A stretch of DNA of 33,000 nucleotides from Octopus sinensis (Eukaryota): NCBI RefSeq assembly GCF_006345805.1, contig NC_042998.1, forward strand, positions 37,479,001 through 37,512,000, in the 5' to 3' direction. The position numbers and the translations under genes are program-made. The notes under the pieces are model-generated. The model was not told the DNA's origin. It worked only from the letters and a program-made list of their open reading frames with translations, and made no database searches. Positions 23,177-33,000 of the stretch are shown in pieces. Numbering within the stretch: position 1 is the first letter of the stretch; the number at the start of each line of letters is the position of its first letter.

Positions 23177-23380
23177 CATTCTTGCCACACCAAGGCTTGG
23201 AATTTGGGGGGAAAGAGGCTAGTCGATTATATCGAGCCCAATATTCCACGGATACCAATTTCAACGGTCTTAAAAAGATGAAAGGGAAAGTCGGCTTCGG
23301 CAGAATTTGAACTCAGGAAGTAAAGACGGACGAAATGCCGCTAAGCATTTTGTATGGCTTGCTAAAGATTCTGCCAGGTG
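23177..23380 (-). mobile_element. Decayed family A SINE (G/C-run tail variant)
   Basis: agtcgattatatcga, gatgaaagggaaagtcg, gaatttgaactcag, gacgaaatgccgctaagcattt and ctgccag are colinear with the other copies. Confidence 0.8.
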
Positions 23381-23400
23381 ACTGGATTACAAAGACAAAA

Positions 23401-23623
23401 CATTTTTAACGGTTTCAAATTTTGGCAGCAGGCAGCAATTGCTGGTGAGGGAGAAGTCGAGTATAGCAACCCCTGAGCTCAAACGCTACCTAATTTTTAT
23501 TGACACCGAAAGAATGAGAGGCAAAGCCGACCTCATCGAAATTTGAACTCAAAACGTAGAGACGGACCAAATGCTGCTAAGCCCTCTGCTCGATGTACTA
23601 TCTATTCTACCAAGTGGCTACCT
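23401..23623 (-). mobile_element. Second, more decayed family A SINE in tandem
   Basis: ccgaaagaatgagaggcaaagccgacctc...aaatttgaactcaaaacgtagagacggaccaaatgctgctaag. Confidence 0.75.
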
Positions 23624-23669
23624 TGATGATGATGATGATGACGATAATAATAATAACAATAATAATCAA

Positions 23670-24781
23670 ATAGTCAAATGGAATCAAACACAGCGGCATG
23701 AAGGAAAAGATATAAAAGAGAGTACCTGCAGTGAGTGAGAAAAATATTGGCGTCAAAGCTGAATGCTAGAAACATAATTTGGACAGGAATTTGGACAGGA
23801 AGTCAAGAAAGCTCCTAACGGTGCATGGAGACCCTCATCCACGTGCAGACACTGATCTCCAAATCGAAAGCTTAATGAAATACTTATTCCAAATTAAGGA
23901 AGCCTTGCTAGTGACAGTTAGTAACGAGGGAGTATCGAAAGCAGAGAAAAAAGGGAAAACAAAGGAAGAAGTACAAAAAGGACATGAAGAAGAATTACGC
24001 AAGAAGAGGCTACACAATCAATTCCGTGTAGCCACGACAGGAACTGTTGGAAAAAATAAGTGGGATTTGCTGATGGAAGGAACACTAAAAAAGAGACCGA
24101 GAGCACTATAGGGGCAACGCAAGACCAGGCTTTGGCCATGAACCGGGGAGGGGTCAGTCTTAGGAATGAGCGTTTCCACTGTGTCGCATCTGCAATAGAG
24201 TGGATGAAACTTAGACTTGCTCAAAACCACTACAAGTTGTGGCGAAACGATCAGATAGCAAAAGTGCTACATTGTGTGAAAACTGGGGGCAAGAGAAAGG
24301 CAAGACCGTGATATGAGAACAAACCGCACTGAGAGACGGTGTCAGAGACAAGTAAGACCCTCTCGGATTTCGCAGTCCAAACAGATCAAGTACTCGAGCA
24401 TAACAGACCGGACTAAGCGGTGATGGACAAAGTGCTCCACACATGCTGTATAGTTGGCGTGGCACACACCTTGACCCACAAATAGTCAAGAAGGAAGGCG
24501 AAAAGATAGATACACCTCGTTTAAGTATGAAATAGTGCCAATGTTTGTTGGGTCCTTGGGAACAGTATCAGACGGCGTCAAGGGGAATATAGAGGAAGGA
24601 GTAGCATAGAGTGCCCAGTAGAACTGTTTCAATTGTTTTGCCTCCTTGATACGGCCAGAATAATCAGGAATGTATTAGATAGCTGAAAAGAAAGAATAGA
24701 ATCGTACCGTAGGCTGCTGGTAGTAATCCCGCTATGCATGCAAGACTCCAGGAGCTCCAACAAAATTTGAGATAAAGAGAA
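23670..24781 (+). mobile_element. 5'-truncated R4/Dong-type non-LTR 3' half (RT thumb, CCHC region, restriction-like endonuclease, 3' UTR)
   Basis: KLNARN, LDRKSRKLLTVHGDPHPRAD, KRLHNQF, KKETESTIGATQDQAL, LAQNHYKLWRNDQIAKVLH, DFAVQTDQVLEHNRPD and LLDTARIIRNVLDS*; ends in a (TAA)n-type tract. Confidence 0.88.
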
Positions 24782-25062
24782 ATAGTAATAATAATAATAG
24801 TAATAATAGTAATAGTAATAATAATATTTTAATAATGATAACAATAATAATAGTAGTAGTAGTAATAATAGTAATAGTAATAATAATGATAATAGTAATA
24901 ATAGTAATTATAATAATGATAACAATAATAATAGTAGTAGTAGTAATAATAGTAATAGTAATAATAGTTATAATAATAATAGTAATAGTAATAATTATAA
25001 TAGTAATAGAAATAATAATGATAATAATAATAAGAAGAAGAAGAAGAAGAAGAAACAGAAGC
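24782..25062. repeat. (TAA/TAG/TGA)n compound microsatellite grading into (GAA)n
   Basis: Direct observation; source of the poly-I and poly-Y spurious ORFs. Confidence 0.97.
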
Positions 25063-25071
25063 AGGAGTATT

Positions 25072-25395
25072 GCTGAGCAGCACAACCATGTGTTGAGAGG
25101 AATTCTTTGGGGTTTGAATGGTTCACCTATGGAAACATACTTAAACAAACCTTATTCAGAGACCTTTTGAGCAGGATGGGCTTCTCGATTGCAAGGTCTT
25201 GTGCTGTTTATCTTGATATGAGGGCACAATGCCGTGACATATTGTTGTGAGGCATGTGCCTCATGCACCTTGATGAGACATGTAGTCATGATGGGTTTAC
25301 TGAGCTACTTATATTTGTACCCCAGTGTCACTTTGACTGCAATCACTACGCTCTCACTCAATAAAAATAATAATAATAACAATAACAACATCAAT
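25072..25395 (+). mobile_element. Probable 3' end of an unclassified non-LTR element with (TAA)n tail
   Basis: Non-repetitive ~290 bp ending ...ctctcactcAATAAAAATAATAATAATAAC between microsatellites; no diagnostic protein motif, family not assigned. Confidence 0.35.
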
Positions 25396-25399
25396 TAAA

Positions 25400-25575
25400 A
25401 TACTGCTGACAAATGGTATAAGCACCACCCAAATCAGTAACCAAGGGAGATAATGCAACGATTTTTCTGGGATTTTCCAATATAGAGAGACATGTCAATG
25501 GAATGTAAGAAACCGGGCATGGTTCTGGAAGACCAAAATAATAAAATCTGTTTATTGATCGCAATGAGTATTTCT
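25400..25575 (+). mobile_element. Short R4/Dong-type RLE fragment
   Basis: ADKWYKHHP, WDFPI and KPGMVLEDQNNKICLLIAMS (KWY.H.P...WDF.I...RPD...DK....CLLID.S pattern). Confidence 0.7.
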
Positions 25576-25739
25576 TGTTTCCTTTTGTTCATTCTTTCAT
25601 TCTTTTCTTTTCTTCATTTTTCCTTTTTTTCAATTTTCATTCTTCCTTTTTCCTTTTTCTTTTTTGTTATCACATAATTTGACTTTCTGAAGGATCAGTC
25701 TGATGTATTTATTTTAATAGCCTACCAACGTATACCTGT

Positions 25740-27020
25740 GCCCAACGTGTCGGGAAGACATTCGGCAAGAAATGTGAACAAAACTGAAAGAAGAAGAAAA
25801 ATAATAATTTTCTAGGGTTTTTGGGGGGGAGGTGGGAATTACCATACCAGAAAATCATGAATATAGATTGATGGTACTGAGTATAAGACCTGGGGATTAC
25901 TGGAGATGCAAGATATATTGGAAGAGGCAATGAAGACTCTGTTGCGGCCGAGTGATTTCCTATTAGAGGTACAGCACTGGCATTATCCATTGGGGGGGAA
26001 AATGGAGTTACAGGCGCTAGACCCAAAATCACGAAAAGTATTCACAGTGGACTTTGCATTCTACCTAACGAACAATATCTACATCTTGTATCTAACCTAG
26101 AACAAAAGGGTCAGAGGACTAATCAGCTCTGAGAGTTTTATATGCTCCGAAGAATGTAGTTTGGAGTGGTATATCAGCATTGCCATACATTGCTGGTTTA
26201 AATAAGTATATATGGTATAGACAGGACAGATACTTCCTTGGAGACAGAGAAGTATAATGAAGAAAAATGAGTTCGGAAAACGAAAGAAAATAGAGTGAGA
26301 AAATGGTGTCCGTGAAATTGACGAGAGAATGAAAAGGAATACAGTTACAGTTGGAAATTGACTTATCAGAGTGGCTTGAAGCCAGCGATAGAAACCTTTA
26401 TCAGTGTTTCGCAGATGTAGGGTTGATAACACAACAGTAAGTGAATATTGAATGCTGTGCGGTGATAAATATGAGAACGTTTGGCATATTGTGAATGAGT
26501 GTCCCCAAAAAGAAAAGAATAAAAATACAGAAGCCACGATTATATCGCAAAAGAAGATCCATTGAGAAAAGCACAGCAAAAATGGATTAGATAGAACGAA
26601 GATGTGGCATGCGCAAAGCTGAAAATGAATAATTAGGAATGAATACGGTAAAGATAATTTGAGATATAATGATCCAATGGAGCCATGATAGTCAACATTG
26701 CGATCCATGTATTATTGTTTGAGAATAACGAGTGAAAAATAGCGTTTAACGGTCGATATTGCATGCTTTCTTGAAGGTTTATTGGAAAGAGAAAAGCTGA
26801 AGGAGGAGAGGTTGGATGATTTGAATTGGGAAACAAAACCTCTAAGTTCATTGAAGAAGGTGAGTTCGGTACTTGTTGTTGCAACATTGAGTACCATAAG
26901 CACTGAGATCACAAAGTGGATTGAACAGACGACACGAGTGAATGGGAAGATAAAAAAGCCAAATAAAACAGTGTTGCAAAGATTTTCATGAATCCTCGGC
27001 AGATTTTTCGAAATCTAGTT
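25740..27020 (+). mobile_element. Older, more decayed R4/Dong-type 3' half
   Basis: FGKKC, EYKTWGLLEMQDILEEAMK (YKYLG motif), ELQALDPKSRK, GQRTN/RGLI region, CGDKYENVWHIVNEC (CCHC remnant) and C-terminal KTVLQRF..ILGRFFEI*. Confidence 0.7.
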
Positions 27021-30000
27021 ATGGACAGTTTAAACTGTTACATTCTCCCGCGGAGATGCCATATGAAACAGCAACAACTATAACAAAAACAATAGTAGTA
27101 GAAGTACTAACGGGCGTGGTGGTAGCGGTGGTGGTGGCTTCTGTGATAGCAATTCTAGTAGTGATAAGTGCGTCATAAATAATAATTTAACTGTGTTAAT
27201 CGAATGAAATAAGGATTAAATGATAAATTGAGACTGAAATGATATTTATTAGCAGAGAAAAATTATAGGAAATTTCACTAATATTTTTATCGTATTTCTT
27301 AGATTTCATGTCTTATTAATGTGAAAAGTAATTGCAAATATCTTTGTGTCTTTTTCGTTTATACGAATAAATCATCTTATTTTCAGTTGGTAGATACTGG
27401 CACGCATCAGTGAATTGTTGCTTGTTGAAATTAGAGGCGTTTCTTGCTTGAATCATTGTCTCAAAATCTCTTGGACTAATAAATCGAGTCTGTTATGAAC
27501 ACATATTCGCCGTAAAGGAGAAGCATTTTTACTGCGACGAACACAACAGCGATTGGCATGTTTATATTCGAAACAGCTGGAATGTATGGTGAAAAAAATT
27601 CGACTAATGAAAATGAAATAAATAAAAAGTTGTGTAGCATATTTCTGAATTAGCATGTTATGCAGCGTACAATTAAACTATAATGAGTAAATAATGATCA
27701 GCTTATGCGTAAATAAGAAACAATGGCTCTTTCGAAGAAGTTACAACCAAATAGAAATCACTTTTTCAAACCATCAATATACAAGAACCATAAAAGTATA
27801 TCCTGTAGATTTTTGAAACCAATCCAGAATCACCTGGCATAAGTCAAACTTAAAGACGGGCACTATTGTCCAAGTCAGTATATGTTAGGAATGTTACGGT
27901 TGTAGTGTAACGGTATTAACATGGAGTTGACTCGTAACTAACATTTGAACGCAAATTGTTCTCTCGCTTACACTTAGTGCCCATCCACACTACAACCAGG
28001 ATACGTGGATACTATAGAATAATTCCTGAGCTGTGAAGAAGGAAATGGAAAACTACATGTAAAATTATATATGGAAAACCAAAACAACAGACTGCTGATT
28101 ATACATAAAATATGTTATTATGAACTAATGGAAAGTATGAAGAACCAGCTACATTCGAACTTCTTAAACACCAGAAATGAAAGAGAACAACATTGACTGA
28201 AGCGAGAAAATGCGTAAAGCCTCACAGTTTATGAAGTCTCACAATTTTATGATATATACGATGAATATACCATAAAACGCATAACCTAAAAATAACATTA
28301 AACAGCAATTCTTATACTGTTAAAAGGAAAAGGAAACAGAAATACAAAATGATGTTAAAAATCATCGAACATCTGTTAAAACTTCCAAGCAAATCCGCAT
28401 GAAAAGTATACAATCAAAATCGTCTCTTGACAAAGAACCTAATAAAAACACGTGAAACAGATCCATTACAACTGATTAAGGGCGGCGAGGTTGTGGTAAC
28501 AGTAATAACATGAAAATAGTTACAGGAAACAAAATCATTAAACAAGAATCAATATTAACCATTAACCAATCTACAGAGGTACACCCAGCTTCAAAGGAGA
28601 ATGAGTGTAAGAAAATCCAACAAGAACTCTGTCCACGGAAACAAACTAATTCTGTGTCAACACCGAGTGACCGATTCTACTGAAAAAAAGTGACTGTGCC
28701 TTTGAAAAGCAGTGCTAACAACTTGAGGCTTCGTCCTAATCAAGTTAGACACGTTTTCGTAGCTCAACTAAAATTAAATAATTAAGTAAATAAGTTGCGG
28801 TAGAAAACTGAAAACATAAATGAGAAAGTAGACACCTACCAGGGAAGAGCATAAATAAATGAAAATGTCGCTAAAAAAGACATTTTTACCGCAGAAAGGA
28901 AGCTGAGACATGTTTTCTCATATGAAACGAATCTACGTGATCACTGATATAAAATAATTGCCCTAGAAGACACACCAAAAATAATGGAATTTTTAAAGTA
29001 TTCTTGGAGCGTCTCAGGGGGAAATAAAATTCTAGCACAAGAGAAACTAAGATTCTGCTTCGATAAGAAGTCCGAATTAATAGCACCGGAATCATGTTAC
29101 AAAAAGTGGTAGATATCCCGCATTCCAAGACTGGGAAGCGTAAATACAAACAATCACACAAAGAAGAATGAGTGTAACAGCTTGTCATCGAGTTTAGGTG
29201 AAGCTGTCAGTACAATAAAATGCTGACCGCTTTACGTCCAGCCGTGCAGTAAGTTTGATTATACTCACAGCCACGTTCAACTTGGTAGCTATGTTCAATG
29301 TAGAACAGCATAAACCTTAAGGGGAGCAACGGATAGAAATTAATATATAAATATGTATTATGAAGGATAACAACCTGACCTCAATGTCGCGGATAAAATC
29401 CTTCTGGTGAAAAGATTATGCAAAACCCTGCAGGAGTCAATAATTATCATGAACTGGAAAGATAGACGAACCAATAAAATAACGTGTCAACAGGCAAAGT
29501 GCTTGGCATGAAAATAACAAGCAGGTGATGCATGAAAGTAAAAACAGCACCAAGAGTAACTGAAGTCGTAATTAGGTTAAACTATAAAGGCAGAACAATT
29601 CCACAAAACCCACATGAGGTCTTGAAATACTGTAAACCAATCAAACGACACCCTTTTTGTTATAACCTATATTTTGCACTGCTAAATGCAAGCTGTACAG
29701 TCTCTGAAACAACGCATACCTTATACAATCATCGATGACTTATGTAATTCATCTCGCATGACAATATTCATTATGGTTTATATTTTACACAATCATACAC
29801 AATAACATTCCCTGCGTTTAATGCTACACAACCACTATGCAATGAGATAACAAAAAACCTCAAGCGATTCTCTCACCCAAACCCGACACTGCAACAGCGA
29901 TAATTCTCGCTATTCCTACTCTAGTCAGATGCAGTCGTTTCTGTACTGTATTAAACCTGCTTACAATGTATATAGGTACACTGAAATAACAGAAGGGAAG

Positions 30001-30643
30001 TAATTCGTTCGTCTACAAATTTTATCAACCATTAAAGTAAAGGTATACTACAGATAAAAACAAAGAACCTAGAAGAGTAAGCTACTAACAGACACACCTA
30101 GAATTAGGAATGAAGATTACGAAGACGCCTACGATGGTGAGGTTAGTGATAATTGTAATTAAAACTAGTGATAAAAATAAAAAAGGAAAAAAAAGTAAAA
30201 GAAGGAGTATGAAGGAGTATGAAGGAGAAAAGACAGAAAAGTTGATAATGATTATGAAGATGAAAAAGAACGATATAAAGAAGCCATCGAACAATAATAA
30301 GACGTTAAGCAAGAGTCAGAAGAGAACGGGAAAATACACTAACAACAAAAAGAAGTAGAGATATTTTTTCTATTACAAAAATAAAATTTGTAAAATGAAA
30401 TAATACAAAATAACAAAATCTGCAAGTAATTTTGCAAAGGCATCATGAGTGTTTAAATGAAGAACTTGCTTCTAAGTTAAGAATATCACCCGTCGTAAAA
30501 TACTTCTTTATGTGTTACACTGATCTACTATGGTGAGATAAATAATATCTGCTTTGATGAGGAGTGTTTTATAATGATACCCTTTAACAGACGGGTTAAA
30601 GTTGCCCTAAATAGATATATTGTCCATCTCATTTTGAATAAAT

Positions 30644-31043
30644 CTTCTTTTCCACGCTAGGCACAATAACCGAATTTGGGGAAGGGGCCCTGTCGATTAG
30701 ATCTGCCCTAGTACGCAACTGGTACTTAAATTTATCGACTCCGAAAGGATGAAAGGTAAGTCGACCTCGGTGGAATTTGAACTGAAAACGTAAAGACAGC
30801 CGAAATACCTATTTCTTTACTACCCACAAGGGGCTAAACACAGAAAAGACAAACAAAGACAGACAAACGGATTAAGTCGATTATATCGACCCCAGTGCGT
30901 AACTGGTACTTATTTAATCGACCTCGGAAGGATGAAAGGCAAAGTCGACCTCGGCGGAATTTGAACTCAGAAAGGTAGCGGCAGACGAAATACCGCTAAG
31001 CATTTCGCCCGGCGCGCTAACGTTTCTGCCAGCTCACTGCCTT
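30644..31043 (-). mobile_element. Dimeric family A SINE (full 5' unit 31043-30810 plus A-box-less second unit 30809-30644), 13-bp decayed TSD
   Basis: Two tandem copies of the B-box/hairpin module; flanks ATTTTGAATAAAT (30631-30643) and ATTTCAAATAAAT (31044-31056). Confidence 0.85.
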
Positions 31044-31844
31044 ATTTCAAATAAATATTTCAAGTGTGGAAACCATTGTCGTTAAAATGCAACAGAGATA
31101 GGTTATGGAAAGAGAAGGAGTATGAGAAATTTAGCATCAAAACAGCTAGGTATGTATATAATACTCACCTAAAAAATATTTTTATGGCAAAACCCTTATT
31201 GAGTTTCAAAATGATGACATATATATAGACACAAAATTACAAAATTGTGTTATGATGTAACAATTTTAAAGAACATACTGGACTCATAAAAATGGAGAGA
31301 AAGGGCTCAAAAGTATAATCTTAGCTGTTTGGATACTATGAAGTAAGCAGAGAATGTTGAAAACCCGAATTAAATAAACGAAAAACAAGTCTTCATTGTT
31401 CGAAACTGCAAATATCCTAATCAGATATTTTCTGTCTGATTCATTCAGACTTCATCGAAAATAATTTTATTTTCATTCTCCATTAGTATGGACCTATACA
31501 AGTAATACAGATAATGATTAAAAAATAATAACAATAACTGTAACAAGAATGTCAATAACAAAAACAACATAACAAAAGTTTATCGTAATTGTCAATTACG
31601 TCATAAAAATAATAATTATAACAGTAATTTTTGATAAGTTTTATTAGATGAGTAATTAATATGGGGTATGTTTAGAGCAATCATTAGTTTTATCTTTTTC
31701 GACAAAAACAAAACAATAGAAAAGATAAAATATCAATCAATGAAAATGACAGGAAAATATATTATTTAATTATTTAATAACATTTGTAGTGATTTGCTTC
31801 TATTTAACGCATGATTGCATTTTTGGTAAAATATTTATGTATGC

Positions 31845-31886
31845 ATGCTAATGTATATATGTATATATATATGTGTGTGTTAGTGC

Positions 31887-31944
<58 letters not shown>

Positions 31945-32139
31945 AGTTATATGCATGCATATGTATATGTATATATATTTATATATGTATATATGCATGT
32001 GTATGTATACATATGCATATCTGTGTGTGCGTGTATATATGCGCGTGTTTCTCTTCTTTTGTCTTGTTAGTTGTTACAGAATAAATACATACGTATATAT
32101 AGGCATATGTATACATATCGATATATTTATAGATATATG

Positions 32140-32181
<42 letters not shown>

Positions 32182-32682
32182 TATGTAGGTAATGGTACGT
32201 ATGTATGCATGTGCTCGCATATAGATGCATATGCATGTACATGAATATAAATATATAATTTTAGGTATGTATACATGTTTCACCAATGAAAATATAAATG
32301 TATATATATATATATATATATACATAGATATATCTATATATGAATGCATGCATATATGTATGTACATATATATGTATATGTACATATATATATTTGTATA
32401 CATACATATGTATATATGTATATATATGCATATATATATGCATGTATGTATATATACATATATTTATATATATACATATATATGTGTACACATACATACA
32501 TATATATATAGATATAAATATATATATACATACTTATATAAATATGCATAAATATATGTATATATACATGTATATATATACATATATACATATATATACA
32601 TATATACACATATATACATATATATATATATGTATGTATTGATATATATATGTATATGTGTGTGTATGTATATATATATATA
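31845..32682. repeat. Long compound (TA)n/(TACA)n/(TATG)n low-complexity tract
   Basis: Direct observation; source of about 13 spurious YI/YM-rich ORFs. Confidence 0.97.
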
Positions 32683-32744
32683 GGCCTGCACCATAGCTGA
32701 TAATACAATTGAAGGTTGCAAATGATGGAACGTTGACCATCAGT

Positions 32745-32930
32745 TGTAAAGAGAGGGGTTTAAGTCGATTTTACATCGACCCCAGTTTTTAACTGGTACT
32801 TACTTTATTGACCCCGAAAGGATAAAAGGTGAAGTTGACCTCCGTGGTATTTGAACCCCAAATGTAACGAGTGGGAAGAAATAACTCTACGCATTTTGTC
32901 CAAAGTGGTAATAATTGTACTCATTCGCAA
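32745..32930 (-). mobile_element. Decayed family A SINE
   Basis: ttaagtcgattttacatcgaccccc, aactggtactt, gaccccgaaaggataaaaggtgaagttgacctc and atttgaacc. Confidence 0.8.
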
Positions 32931-33000
32931 TTAAACAGGAAAATGTAATTAAAATAAATGTACACACACGCATACACACGCACACACACGCGCACACACA

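Noticed and set aside
24629-25170. Poly-Ile/poly-Tyr ORFs resembling a transmembrane or low-complexity protein
   Set aside because: Frames of the (TAA/TAG)n tract.
26097-26708. 203-aa minus-strand ORF
   Set aside because: Antisense to an A-rich Dong remnant; the T-rich strand is stop-poor and the product is F/L/S/I-biased with no motif.
31804-32740. About 13 overlapping ORFs of 64-125 aa
   Set aside because: All read through the TA/TACA/TATG low-complexity tract.
1-33000. CRISPR array, operon or prokaryotic defence system
   Set aside because: No repeat-spacer periodicity and no gene-dense coding; the sequence is eukaryotic repeat-rich DNA.

Overview
AT-rich eukaryotic non-coding DNA, very probably from an octopus. 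This rests on my recognising the tRNA-derived SINE families and the (TA)n/(TAA)n load, not on a database search. No intact protein-coding gene is recognisable. The window is a dense, partly nested collection of decayed retroelements: at least 14 SINE copies, a CR1 3' end, four R4/Dong-type fragments on +, L1/Tx1-type endonuclease/RT remnants, an RTE-type RT remnant and a Ty3/Gypsy pol remnant (all on -). It also holds a ~630-bp foldback MITE and many microsatellites. It may be a long intron of a + strand gene (candidate exon 7733-7797, CpG-rich stretch near 1560-1770), but that is weak inference. The best leads are: (i) a 266-codon open frame exactly antisense and in register to a stop-riddled RTE RT, (ii) modular SINE domain shuffling visible within the window, (iii) three-level L1/Gypsy/SINE nesting, (iv) a dimeric SINE whose target-site duplication decayed by opposite-strand CpG deamination, and (v) an inverted SINE pair and a foldback element that could form long dsRNA. 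I found no convincing new multi-gene system. Coordinates of decayed elements are approximate and all protein-motif alignments were made by eye.
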